A DNA stretch of 64,000 nucleotides from an uncultured Candidatus Saccharibacteria bacterium (lineage in GTDB: Bacteria; Patescibacteriota; Andersenbacteria; UBA10190). The translations under genes were made by a program, and so were the position numbers. The stretch covers positions 13,816-77,815 of the forward strand of contig CAYJKV010000005.1 of NCBI GenBank assembly GCA_964371255.1, written 5' to 3'. Positions 28,247 to 38,080 of the stretch are shown here, one piece after another; position 1 is the first letter of the stretch; each line of letters starts with the position of its first letter. The notes below the pieces were generated by a model, which made no database searches, was not told the DNA's origin, and was given only the letters and a program-made list of their open reading frames with translations.

Positions 28247-31059
28247 TATTTAATTTCACTGAAGTAGATATTAACTGTCATCTTCAACAGCAAACGGGCC
28301 TTGTCTAAAATATTTGACCTAACTGTAAAAGGTACTTCAATGGTCTGCCCAGGCCTGGCTTCTAATCTAGTCTGTCCTGGAATATTGATTGTTGCTTGGC
28401 GGGACACCGCCCTTACTATTGTCTCGTCATAAGCCGTCAGATTACCGTCATTGGCCATTAATCTTAAAACATATTCCCCTTCTTGCCTGAAGATTGCGTT
28501 AGTGGTTGCTGTTTGGCTATCACTTAACTCCATCTGTCCCGCTGGCCCACTGACCTGAGCCCATTCTACCAGCAGCGGGTTTGCTCCTGATATTCCATCA
28601 TCACTGACCACCCCCGTCATCTGAACAGGTTCATTGATCAGAAGCTGCAGGTCTTCCCCGGCCGAAACTTGCGGAGCATTATGGACAATCACCGCCACCT
28701 CATCAGCTGCCAACAGTTCACCGTCACTGGCACTGAGCCGTAGTATATAACGACCAGGTAAAGTAAAATCAACCGACGTGGCAGCCTGGTCGTATCCATT
28801 TATACTCACTTCGCCCGGTCCGCTAATTTTACTCCACAGGAGGTTCACCTGTCCTGGCTCCGTTGGTTTTCCGTCATCGGTCACCACTCCGGACAGCTGC
28901 ACTGCACTGCCCCATTCGGCGATAATATCATTTCCCGCGCTTACCTGGGGAGCTGCGTTGCGTACAATCACGGACACCTCGACTGTGCTAATAGATGAAC
29001 TCGCCTTACTATCTGAAGACACGTAAGTGAAAGTATCTTTCCCTGCAAAAAATCGATCCGACAAGTAAAGAAAGGAGCCGTTCGCATTGAGTGTCACATT
29101 ACCATGCTGTGACTCTTGTACTAGTTGTGCTGTTAAAATGTCGCTGTCTTCATCTGTGTCATTCGCCAATACGCCAGGTGCGGGGATCGTTAATTCCTCG
29201 TATTGAAAAGCCTCATAACTATCATTCTGGCCCACCGGCACCGTGTTCACTTGCACGATGATTTCGTCGGAAGATATTAATTCCCCATCACCTGCCTGCA
29301 ATCTTAAAGTATAATCTCCAGCTTCACTGAATGTAGCGCTAGTCGCAGCCAAAGTATCGTCTATAAACACCACTTCACCTGTCCCGCTTACTTTGCTCCA
29401 CATTATTTGCTGGGGCTGCCCCGGCGGCTCACCGTCGTCTTCCACTGTCCCAAGCAGTATTGCGGCATCGGGTAGATTAATTATCATATCCTCTCCCGCC
29501 TGTACCACTGGCGCGGCATTTCTGACCGCTACGGTTATTTCTACTGTGACCGGCTGTGATGTGGTTACTCCATCAAATGCCTGATAAGTAAAACTATCTA
29601 CCCCCCGCCAGTCGCTATTAGATGTATAACTAAACGAACCGTTGGCACTTAACGCTAATTCACCATGTTGCACATTATCGACCAGCTGTGCGGATAATTG
29701 ATCTCCGTCTGGATCGGTATCATTCTGTAATACGCCATTAGACATTTCTATCTGCAACGATTCACCTCTCCAGGCGTCATATTCTTCGTCATTAGCGCTC
29801 GGTGCTTGATTTTCCGCCTTGACCGTTATTACTACATCGTCGGTAGATGTCAAAGTTCCGTCTCCTGCTGACAATTCCAACACGTACACCCCTGCTTCCA
29901 AAAACGTGGCTGTTGTTGTCAATGCGGTCGCATCACCGAAAATCACCCCGTCAGGCCCGTTTACCTTACTCCATGCTACCGCTACGCTCGCTGGAGGATC
30001 CGGCAAGCCGTCGTCTGACATAGTACCATTCAGATTAACCTGACTAAGCGGCAACCTTATTTGTTGATCAACGCCGGCATTCACTGCCGGTGGAGAATTT
30101 TCCACCAAGACATTAATCACCGCTTCTCCGGTAACAATATCAGGGATGATTTCGTAACTGTCTGTCTCTATTAAAACATTGCCAAAAGGCTTACTAGATG
30201 ACTTATTGGCTGTCGTGACTGTTGTTTGTCCCACCCCCACTGCTTTGAAAGTGAATATCCCTAAAGTACCGGCGCCGCTATTATTATTGGCTAGGCTAAA
30301 ACCGCCCGATCTCACCTCTCCGGAACTGTTAATCGTACTCAAGCCCCGCGTATCAGCAATAAAAGTCGCAAAGTCCCCACTCTGTTGATCGACCAATGCC
30401 AGTTTAGTCTGGTCGAACCTCAAATATTGCGCCCAGTTCGCAAATGGAGTTGCTTCCTCCAGCCTTACTCTAATTTCTACGTTATCGCCCAAAGCCAGCT
30501 TTGTCTTGTTTGTTTGCAATGATAAATCTGGCGCCGGTGGTGCCGCCTCAACCGTTAAGATGATTTCATCGCTGCCGCTGGTTTGCCCGTCATTGGCTGT
30601 CAGTGCTAATGCGTACGTTCCGGCGACAGAAAAAGCGGCCGTTGTTTGCAATGCGTTTACAGATCCAAACGCCACATCACCAGGACCAGATATTTTGCTC
30701 CAATTAATTGTCATTTCGCCCGGCACTATGGGTAACCCATCATCGGTAGCTGTACCTGCCAAATTCGCTTCTTGAGGTAGACGAACAGTACTATCGTCTC
30801 CGGCTGCGACTGTTGGCGGCACATTCTTGGCCGTCACCACCACTTTCACGGGATCACTGGAAAAAGTATCAATACTGTCATTGGCGGTAAACTGGATTGA
30901 ATGTTCACCAATCAAACTTAGGTCATCAGGCACCGTATAGTGAAATATCTTTTGTATTTCCTGCTCGGGGGGCAAGACCTGTGTTCTAATATATTGCGTC
31001 AGCATACTGCCGGCAGCGACCAGCAACAGTAAGCCAGCTGCCACTACTATACCAGTCAT
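28246..31059 (-). CDS. Giant surface protein: N-terminal TM anchor, a cohesin-like domain, and at least 7 PKD/K319L-like Ig-fold repeats
   Basis: Repeating unit of about 95 aa: P.V.AG.D....LP.....L.G...DDG.P.......WSK.SGPG.V.F........A.FS..G.Y.L.L.A.DG.L...DE. Cohesin-like segment VRLEEATPFANWAQYLRFD...GGFSLANNNSGAGTLGIFTF. Start taken at MTGIVVAAG (31059). Confidence 0.7.
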   Translation of the reverse strand: MTGIVVAAGLLLLVAAGSMLTQYIRTQVLPPEQEIQKIFHYTVPDDLSLIGEHSIQFTANDSIDTFSSDPVKVVVTAKNVPPTVAAGDDSTVRLPQEANLAGTATDDGLPIVPGEMTINWSKISGPGDVAFGSVNALQTTAAFSVAGTYALALTANDGQTSGSDEIILTVEAAPPAPDLSLQTNKTKLALGDNVEIRVRLEEATPFANWAQYLRFDQTKLALVDQQSGDFATFIADTRGLSTINSSGEVRSGGFSLANNNSGAGTLGIFTFKAVGVGQTTVTTANKSSSKPFGNVLIETDSYEIIPDIVTGEAVINVLVENSPPAVNAGVDQQIRLPLSQVNLNGTMSDDGLPDPPASVAVAWSKVNGPDGVIFGDATALTTTATFLEAGVYVLELSAGDGTLTSTDDVVITVKAENQAPSANDEEYDAWRGESLQIEMSNGVLQNDTDPDGDQLSAQLVDNVQHGELALSANGSFSYTSNSDWRGVDSFTYQAFDGVTTSQPVTVEITVAVRNAAPVVQAGEDMIINLPDAAILLGTVEDDGEPPGQPQQIMWSKVSGTGEVVFIDDTLAATSATFSEAGDYTLRLQAGDGELISSDEIIVQVNTVPVGQNDSYEAFQYEELTIPAPGVLANDTDEDSDILTAQLVQESQHGNVTLNANGSFLYLSDRFFAGKDTFTYVSSDSKASSSISTVEVSVIVRNAAPQVSAGNDIIAEWGSAVQLSGVVTDDGKPTEPGQVNLLWSKISGPGEVSINGYDQAATSVDFTLPGRYILRLSASDGELLAADEVAVIVHNAPQVSAGEDLQLLINEPVQMTGVVSDDGISGANPLLVEWAQVSGPAGQMELSDSQTATTNAIFRQEGEYVLRLMANDGNLTAYDETIVRAVSRQATINIPGQTRLEARPGQTIEVPFTVRSNILDKARLLLKMTVNIYFSEIK

Positions 31060-31170
31060 TACCTCGCCCTTGTTTAACACCGATGCCTCAAGGTTACCTG
31101 GCCGGCAGCCTGTCGGCTCTCTCTTTACTCTCTGCCCTGGGCTATGCAGTAAATTAATCATCAGCCTTGA

Positions 31171-32376
31171 TTATTCAAATATTGAATCGGTAAACACTTG
31201 CGGACTGTCCGTTATAAAGTTGAATAATAAACTTGTCAGGTCCACATTACGACCTCTGACCGTAATTGGTATTGCAGCGTTACTGCCAATTTCTACATAA
31301 ACAACATCCGGGGCGACAAAGTACACTTCCGGTGCCGGTTGAACCGATATTGTTACTTCGTCTGTCGTGTTCAGCGCCCCGTCATTAGCTGTTAGTCGCA
31401 GCACGTATGTTCCATCCGTGCTGAATGTCGCTGTAGTGGTTGTCTTATCACCAGAGCCAAAAGTCACCGTGCCTGGCCCGGACACTTTGCTCCATTGCTT
31501 AGTTACCAGCGCTGGTGGTGTAGGCAAGCCATCGTCGGACACCGCCCCTATTAAAGTTATTGAGTTAGGTAGTCTGATTGTCTTATCCTCCCCCGCTGCC
31601 ACCACCGGAGCAGTATTATGCGGCCAGACATTTATTACTAATTCTCCTCCGCCTACCGTTGGAACAAAATCTGTTCCGCCGGTATCGCTAAATCGGTTAC
31701 CAAACAAGTTGGACGCGGAATAATTCTCAGTCGTAATCTTGACTGGCACCGGCACGGTTGCTGCCGCCGGCAAACTAGACTCAACCCTAAACGTAAAACT
31801 GCCTAATGTCCCGCTCCCCCCCTCGTTATTGGTCAAGCTAAAGCCACCGGCTCTAATCTCGTCCGTTTGGTTGATTGTTTGCAGACTTCTTGAATCCGGG
31901 ACAAACGTTGGCCAACTGCCGCCATTTTGTTGTTCCAGTTTTAGCAACCGATTATCGCCATTAAAGCCCAGCCATTCTTGCCAGCTGGCAAACGCAGCAG
32001 CGTCCGCCAGGTTCATGGTCACTGTCACGGCCTCACCAACAGTCACATTCTCTTTATCAACGCTAATTGTTAAATTAGTGTCACCTTCTCGGGCAAAATT
32101 GGCAATCACGATCATTAAGTCAGTATTATTAACCGCTCCGTCGCTATTAGCATCGGCGCGGCCATCCAAGTCTGGATCTCCCGTTGTTTTGCCAAAGTTA
32201 GCTGAAACTAGCATTAGGTCGGTAATATTCACTACCCCATCACCATTCAAATCGCCTAAAGTCCCAGCCGCTTCCGCCTTGATCGCCTGACCCCATATTA
32301 TGGCTAGCACAAATAGCCCTTTCAGAACGACCGAAGATTTCCAAGAAGCATTCATAAGGACAACAAAAGTATGCAT
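31171..32376 (-). CDS. Surface protein with signal peptide, type-I dockerin repeats, a cohesin-like domain and one PKD-like repeat (paralog of 28246-31059)
   Basis: Dockerin-like GDLNGDGVVNITDLMLVSANFG and ADANSDGAVNNTDLMIVIANFA. Cohesin-like VTMNLADAAAFASWQEWLGFN..GGFSLTNNEGGSGTLGSFTF. PKD-like APVVAAGEDKTIRLP..SDDGLP..WSKVSGPG. Confidence 0.7.
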   Translation of the reverse strand: MHTFVVLMNASWKSSVVLKGLFVLAIIWGQAIKAEAAGTLGDLNGDGVVNITDLMLVSANFGKTTGDPDLDGRADANSDGAVNNTDLMIVIANFAREGDTNLTISVDKENVTVGEAVTVTMNLADAAAFASWQEWLGFNGDNRLLKLEQQNGGSWPTFVPDSRSLQTINQTDEIRAGGFSLTNNEGGSGTLGSFTFRVESSLPAAATVPVPVKITTENYSASNLFGNRFSDTGGTDFVPTVGGGELVINVWPHNTAPVVAAGEDKTIRLPNSITLIGAVSDDGLPTPPALVTKQWSKVSGPGTVTFGSGDKTTTTATFSTDGTYVLRLTANDGALNTTDEVTISVQPAPEVYFVAPDVVYVEIGSNAAIPITVRGRNVDLTSLLFNFITDSPQVFTDSIFE

Positions 32377-32483
32377 TTATTGTACTATACCGCCTATTAA
32401 AAAGCAGTATGCCAATATGGGCGACTAAGCTGGTTTGATTGCTTTTTTCGCTTAAAGTTGTGTTGTTCGGCTTAATTTTTTCT

Positions 32484-34013
32484 CTAACGGGCGACGGCGC
32501 TTGTTCTTGTCTCTCTGATTACGTTTACCCTGACATCACCCGGATAAGTTAACTCTTGCTCAATTCTCTTTGCGATCCCCTGCGCCAGTTTGATGGCCTG
32601 TAAATCATCGATATCGCTCGGTTTAACGAATACTCGCACTTCCCGTCCCGCGTAAATCGCGTAAGCTTTTTCCACCCCTTCAAAACTGCTCGCAATATTT
32701 TCCAGATCCTCCATGCGTTTGATGTATTTTTCTGCCGTGTCTCGTCGGGCACCAGGCCGGGCGGCTGAAATGGCATCGGCTACCTGTACGATCACTGCTT
32801 CCACCGTCTCGAAGGGATAATCCTCGTGGTGTGCTGACGCCGCTTTAATAATTTCATCTGCGATGCCGAACTTCTTCATGATCTTCTCCCCAATCTCAAC
32901 GTGGTTGCCTTCCACTTCGTGGTCGATAGCTTTACCAATGTCGTGTAACAAAGTTGCTCTCTTGGCAATATTGACGTCCGCGCCAAGTTCTTCGGCCAGC
33001 ATCGTCGCAATATGAGCGGCTTCCCAACTGTGCTTAAGAATGTTTTGCCGATAGCTTGTTCGATACTTTAAGCGGCCAATCAGCTGGACTAACTGTTCTG
33101 GCAAATCCATCAAACCTAAATCATAAACAACCGCTTCGCCCGCCTCTTTAATATCGTCATTGATTTTCTTTTTCGCCTCTTCTACTACCTCTTCAATTCG
33201 GCCGGGATGGATGCGCCCATCAGTCAGCAATTTTTCCAGGGCCGTTTTCGCCACTTGCCGGCGGACCGGTGAAAAACCCGACACCATTATCGAGTTAGGC
33301 GTCTCGTCTATCACTACTTCACAGCCGGTTAAACGCTCTAAATGTTGGATATTCCTGCCTTCTTTGCCTATCACCCGACCTATCATGCTCTCATCTTCCA
33401 CATGGACATGTGTGGTTGTTGTTTCTGACACATGTGATGCTGCGTAGCGTTGTATAATGCTCGCAAGAATATTACGAGCCTCATCCTCCAGACGTTTTTC
33501 GCCTTCTTTCTCTAATTTACGGACCCTGCGCACAATCTCTTCTGATGTCCTCTCTTCCGCCAATTCCAGTACTCGCTTCTCTGCCTGGTCGGGTGTTAAA
33601 CCGGAAATTTCGGCCAGTTGATGTTCTTCCTCGGTCTTTAATTCTACTAATCGCTGTTTCTGCTTGTCGAGCTCGGCTTGGGTATTCTTAATAGTTGTAT
33701 CTTTCTTATCGAGCTCCATAATTTTTGTTTCCAGTGACTCCTCGCGGTCTGCTACCCGCTTCTCCAAATTCACTAATTGGTCGCGGCGCTTATCCAAGTC
33801 TTTCTCTGCCCTTGTCTTTATTTCCCGCGCATCTTTCTCGGCTTTTTCCCGTAAAGCCACCACTTTTTTCTTTGCTTCGGCTAATTTCTGTTCCAGTTTA
33901 TTCTCTAGTGATTTGGCAGACTTCACGCCAAAGCGTTTTCGCCAAACATAATCAATCACTGCTCCCAGGCCAGCTGCCACCACCGCTATCGCAAGAGCTG
34001 CTATAGTCGTCAT
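32484..34013 (-). CDS. rny: Ribonuclease Y
   Basis: N-terminal TM, coiled coil, KH domain (GRVIGKEGRNI), and HD domain (HVEIGEKIM...LLHDIGKA). Confidence 0.9.
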   Translation of the reverse strand: MTTIAALAIAVVAAGLGAVIDYVWRKRFGVKSAKSLENKLEQKLAEAKKKVVALREKAEKDAREIKTRAEKDLDKRRDQLVNLEKRVADREESLETKIMELDKKDTTIKNTQAELDKQKQRLVELKTEEEHQLAEISGLTPDQAEKRVLELAEERTSEEIVRRVRKLEKEGEKRLEDEARNILASIIQRYAASHVSETTTTHVHVEDESMIGRVIGKEGRNIQHLERLTGCEVVIDETPNSIMVSGFSPVRRQVAKTALEKLLTDGRIHPGRIEEVVEEAKKKINDDIKEAGEAVVYDLGLMDLPEQLVQLIGRLKYRTSYRQNILKHSWEAAHIATMLAEELGADVNIAKRATLLHDIGKAIDHEVEGNHVEIGEKIMKKFGIADEIIKAASAHHEDYPFETVEAVIVQVADAISAARPGARRDTAEKYIKRMEDLENIASSFEGVEKAYAIYAGREVRVFVKPSDIDDLQAIKLAQGIAKRIEQELTYPGDVRVNVIRETRTSAVAR

Positions 34014-34447
34014 AATATATTTACTCCTTCTTCCACGTAATTATCGTGGATTAATTATCAAGTTAAGAAGGGCCCTGATTGTTTTAGCGAGCTGCTTACC
34101 TGTCTGATAACTTTGACGGTTTTAGTAATGTCGCTGCCTTCTATGCTCTCTCTGCTCTCATTCAAGTCTTAGCATGATTGGTAGCGGCCATATCCTTGCT
34201 ATTCCCGGGTTAATTTCTTTAAGTGGGAACAACCGTGAGTTTTTAATTATTACGCAAACTTGCTAGACCTACCATTCCATCAGTTCTTATTATCAGACTC
34301 GTAAGCGCTTACTGAACAAATCGAGCTCCTATCAAAGACTTCGCTATTTATCGTTCAACACCAACATGTCTTTGCGCAGAGTAATGCGCCGAGTACAAAC
34401 TGTTATTGATTTTGTTAACCCTGCACCGTTTGACCTGTCGTCACTTT

Positions 34448-35053
34448 TTAAGACTTTGCGGCCTGGCGTGCAATCGGGATAATAATTTCATCAATCAGCC
34501 CATACTCCTTAGCTTCCTCCGCAGACATATAATAGTCTCGATCAGAATCTTTTTCCACTTTTTTTACAGGCTGACCAGTATGTAGAGCCAAAATTTTATT
34601 CAAACGCTCTTTAATCTTCAAAATATGTCGCGCGTTTATTTCAATATCTGATGCTTGTCCCTCGGCGCCTCCCATGACCTGGTGGATCATCACCTCTGCG
34701 TTTTGCAGTATTAATCGCTTACCCGCGGTCCCTCCTGCCAGCAAAGTGGCCGCCATACTGGCTGCCATGCCCACACAAATCGTCGATATATCTGGGGTGA
34801 TGAATTGCATGGTGTCATATATTGCCATGCCAGACGTTACTGAACCGCCTGGTGAGTTAATGTACAACTTTATATCCTTTTTAGGATCCTCGTGTTCCAA
34901 GAATATTAATTGCGCGATTATTAAATTAGCTACATCGTCACCGATCGGTCCTCCGAGAAAAATAATTCTCTCTTTTAGCAGCCTTGAGTAAATATCATAC
35001 GCCCTTTCTCCGAACTGTGATTTTTCCAGCACGGTTGGAATTAAATACGACAT
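34448..35053 (-). CDS. clpP: ATP-dependent Clp protease proteolytic subunit
   Basis: [21 protein letters not shown]...[12 protein letters not shown]...MIHQ carries the ClpP Ser-His-Asp triad blocks. Confidence 0.9.
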   Translation of the reverse strand: MSYLIPTVLEKSQFGERAYDIYSRLLKERIIFLGGPIGDDVANLIIAQLIFLEHEDPKKDIKLYINSPGGSVTSGMAIYDTMQFITPDISTICVGMAASMAATLLAGGTAGKRLILQNAEVMIHQVMGGAEGQASDIEINARHILKIKERLNKILALHTGQPVKKVEKDSDRDYYMSAEEAKEYGLIDEIIIPIARQAAKS

Positions 35054-35193
35054 ATAGAATGAATTTAGCAAATGAAATAAACTACTCTCCACCTATACTA
35101 TACAACAATCCCCTCCTCTTTCGCTAAGCTTATCCGCAGAGACCTTTAACTAGCGGCCAAACATTACCGCCACAATTCCCTTCTACTCAGCTA

Positions 35194-35748
35194 TCATTCC
35201 CGTGATTGAACAAATACTCGCTTAAGATACCTTTCATTGCTGGTGAAAGCCAGCGTCTCGGGCTTATAGTCCGTCACGTCAAGCCACTTTATACTCTTTA
35301 TCTCACTTGGATCTGCCCGATAAGGCTTCCCTTTAGATATTCGTGCTAACCATCCCACCGTCAATGTCGTTTCCCAAATACCTTGGTAAAAATAGTGGTC
35401 GATTTCGAACCCCAGCAAGTTTATCAATTCCACCTCCACACCAATTTCTTCTCGAGCTTCCCTGATTGCAGCGTTCCTCGGGTGTTCACCAAGCTTCATG
35501 AAGCCTCCCGGCAAATCCAATTTACCTTTATCCGGCTCTATGCCCCTTTCCGTCATTAGTACTCGCCCTTTATCGTCCTGGATAACCGTTACCACGCAAG
35601 GCTTTGAATTCTGCCAGAAAATGAAGCCACAGGCCTCATTCTGGCAGGTCGGCATTAGCTCTTCTCCCTGCTCTCTTGGCACCATTTTGCTGCCGCACTT
35701 CGGACAAAATTTATATGCTTTTAGAAAATCTCTATCTGTCTGTTGCAT
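35194..35748 (-). CDS. NUDIX hydrolase with N-terminal zinc ribbon (NudC-like)
   Basis: CPKCGS...C....CG zinc ribbon. Nudix box GGFMKLGEHPRNAAIREAREEIGVEV. Confidence 0.8.
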   Translation of the reverse strand: MQQTDRDFLKAYKFCPKCGSKMVPREQGEELMPTCQNEACGFIFWQNSKPCVVTVIQDDKGRVLMTERGIEPDKGKLDLPGGFMKLGEHPRNAAIREAREEIGVEVELINLLGFEIDHYFYQGIWETTLTVGWLARISKGKPYRADPSEIKSIKWLDVTDYKPETLAFTSNERYLKRVFVQSRE

Positions 35749-35795
35749 TCTACGGTGTTATTTTCCCTTTTCCCTTGATGTTTTACTGTTTCAAT

Positions 35796-37100
35796 CTAAG
35801 CCGCTTTTGCCTCTTTAACTGTCACTTTTGTTTCCAGTAATTCCATCGCCTTTTGGTTCCTCAGCAAGTAAGTTAAATGCTCACGTAATTCTTCCGGGTC
35901 AATTTTTTTCGCCGCTTCTTTGCTGGAACCAAAGCGTTTTAAATAGTCTTGAATCTTCTCTTCCAGTTCATTTTCATCAATCACCACTCCCTCTTGCTTG
36001 GCAAATGACCGCAGCGCCAGTCCGACTTTAACGCTTTTCTCGGCGTTAGGTTTCATTTCTTCTCGTATTTGTTCTATCGTTCGGCTTTTTTCCAGGCAAT
36101 AATCATTAATTGTTTTTTGTTGCCACTGCAGCATTTGCTCAAATTCTCCCAATAAACGATCGATTTCTTTATCGATCAACACTTCATGGATTTTCGAAAA
36201 AGTAGCGCCTGCAGCCAGTTTCTCTGTCATCTCGCCTTGCCGGCGCTCTTCTTCTCGATGTAACCTCTCGTGCTGTAAATTATCCTTCATATGTTTCTTG
36301 AGATCATCCAAGTCCGTAAACTTACCGAGCTGCTTAGCAAAAGCATCATTCACTTCCGGCACCATCCTTTTTTGCACCGCCTTAGCCTGCACCCAAGCCT
36401 CTGCCTCTTTGCCCGCTAAATTACCTTTCTTGTAGTCCTCCGGAAACTTAATTTTGAATTCGCGCACATCACCGGCTGCAATCCCCACTAATTTCTCCTC
36501 AAAGTCCGGTACAAAATGACCTTCCCCCAATTGCACGGTTTGGTCTTTGCCTTCTCCGCCCTCCAGCATTACGCCTCCCACGGAAATCTTGAAATCAACT
36601 ACTATTGTGTCGCCCTTGCCGGCCGGTCGCGCTACTTCCAGGGCTGAACTGCGCATTTTAGCAAGGCGTTCCAGCTCTTTGTCTACCTCGCTGTCCGTGA
36701 CTTCCACTGTTCTTTTCTCGATCTCTATTTTGCTCAAGTCGCCTAGCGTAACCGTGGGCAGAACAGCGGCTGTAGCCGTAAATTTTATGCCCTTGTCTCG
36801 GCCAATTTCCTCAACAGCCACCTTCGGGCGGGCAATGGCATCAATATCATTATCCAATACCGCTTCTATAAAAAAGCGTGGAATAGCTCGATCCATCGCC
36901 TCGTTTAACAATCGCCCCGTACCGAATACTTCCTCTACTACCTCTACTGGCGCTTTACCCGGTCGAAAACCCTTAATTGATTTTTCTTTGGATAATTTCT
37001 TAGCCGCGTCTTTTACGTACGGCGCAAAGTCGTCCGCTGAGGCGCTAATCTTCAGTTCAACTTCTGACTTTTCCTGGTTTGGTTTGATGTCAACTTTCAT
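35796..37100 (-). CDS. tig: Trigger factor
   Basis: N-terminal ribosome-binding domain (GFRPGKAPVEVVEE), a central PPIase-like domain, and a C-terminal helical arm. 434 aa. Confidence 0.85.
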   Translation of the reverse strand: MKVDIKPNQEKSEVELKISASADDFAPYVKDAAKKLSKEKSIKGFRPGKAPVEVVEEVFGTGRLLNEAMDRAIPRFFIEAVLDNDIDAIARPKVAVEEIGRDKGIKFTATAAVLPTVTLGDLSKIEIEKRTVEVTDSEVDKELERLAKMRSSALEVARPAGKGDTIVVDFKISVGGVMLEGGEGKDQTVQLGEGHFVPDFEEKLVGIAAGDVREFKIKFPEDYKKGNLAGKEAEAWVQAKAVQKRMVPEVNDAFAKQLGKFTDLDDLKKHMKDNLQHERLHREEERRQGEMTEKLAAGATFSKIHEVLIDKEIDRLLGEFEQMLQWQQKTINDYCLEKSRTIEQIREEMKPNAEKSVKVGLALRSFAKQEGVVIDENELEEKIQDYLKRFGSSKEAAKKIDPEELREHLTYLLRNQKAMELLETKVTVKEAKAA

Positions 37101-37193
37101 ATTAATGTTGTAAACAATAGGGGATTAATGGTCAAATTGCAACCCTGCACTCACTATTGTTAGAACTTACTCCTAACCATATACTTAGCTAAT

Positions 37194-37463
37194 ATGAATG
37201 AAGTAGACGAACTTGCCCAAATCACCAAGAAAAGCTTTGACCAAGTAGACAAGCAATTTATTGAAGTCAAGCAAGCCATTAAAGCTATTAGAAAGGAATT
37301 GAAAGTCAATCAAAAAGTTATCATTAACGAATTCAAAGTCTTAGCCGAAAACATTCACCAGGACGTAGCTGGTGCTAATCAAGATAAGATTTCCCTCATT
37401 GAACAAAAACAAGCTGTACTCGATAAGAGACTTACTAGAGTGGAACACAAAGTTGGCGTATAG
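37194..37463 (+). CDS. Small coiled-coil protein, hypothetical
   Basis: 89-aa helical, charged ORF. Confidence 0.35.
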   Translation: MNEVDELAQITKKSFDQVDKQFIEVKQAIKAIRKELKVNQKVIINEFKVLAENIHQDVAGANQDKISLIEQKQAVLDKRLTRVEHKVGV

Positions 37464-37586
37464 CCAGCTACATTCCGTCCGATATTACTTTCCGTAACCG
37501 ACAATTTTCGAATTGTGGCTTGGAAGAAGAGTGCCCACAACCAGCCGTCAGCATCAGCCATTTGCGGCATTCTTGATGGATTTTGT

Positions 37587-37642
37587 ATAAAAAAACGCCG
37601 TAGGGAACTCGTTATATAAGACAATAATTCACCTACGACGGC
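37587..37642 (-). terminator. Putative rho-independent terminator on the minus strand (stem gccgtcgtagg/cctacggcg plus T7 tract)
   Basis: Plus strand reads ataaaaaaacgccgtaggg...(26 nt)...cctacgacggc. On the minus strand this is a hairpin followed by TTTTTTT. Confidence 0.4.
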
Positions 37643-37662
37643 TAAAGAAACGCTACCAATGA

Positions 37663-37968
37663 CTAGTCCCAAGACGGATCCGGTCCTGGTCTATCCGGAA
37701 GCTTACGTGGGTTGTTTTGCCACCGAAAAAATCGACCAAAGGAATCTCCCCAGTAAGATGTCATCGGCCGTTTGTCGCTGCCAGGGCACCTTTTGTCTTC
37801 TCGCTTGTGTTCTCCGAAAGCCTCATTGGGTGGAGCCTCAGCCGCCCCTGGCCCAGCGGATAAAGATATGGGACCTCTTCTGTGGGCACTATCACAATCT
37901 TCGCAAACCAACCATTCTACAGCCATCGATACTTCCTTTCGTGCGGTAACCAAAATATTTATGAACAA
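37663..37968 (-). CDS. Hypothetical small protein (possible Zn-ribbon, CEDCD...CPG)
   Basis: The ORF ends just upstream of the putative minus-strand terminator, in an otherwise 617-bp gap. Confidence 0.3.
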   Translation of the reverse strand: MFINILVTARKEVSMAVEWLVCEDCDSAHRRGPISLSAGPGAAEAPPNEAFGEHKREDKRCPGSDKRPMTSYWGDSFGRFFRWQNNPRKLPDRPGPDPSWD

Positions 37969-38080
37969 ACGAACAAAACACTAGACAGTACCGCAAAATA
38001 ATACGGTAGTCAACAATAAATTCATTTAGTTTATTCAGTATATTAGCTCGCTCTTAGTTTCAAATTTTGCATTTCTATCC

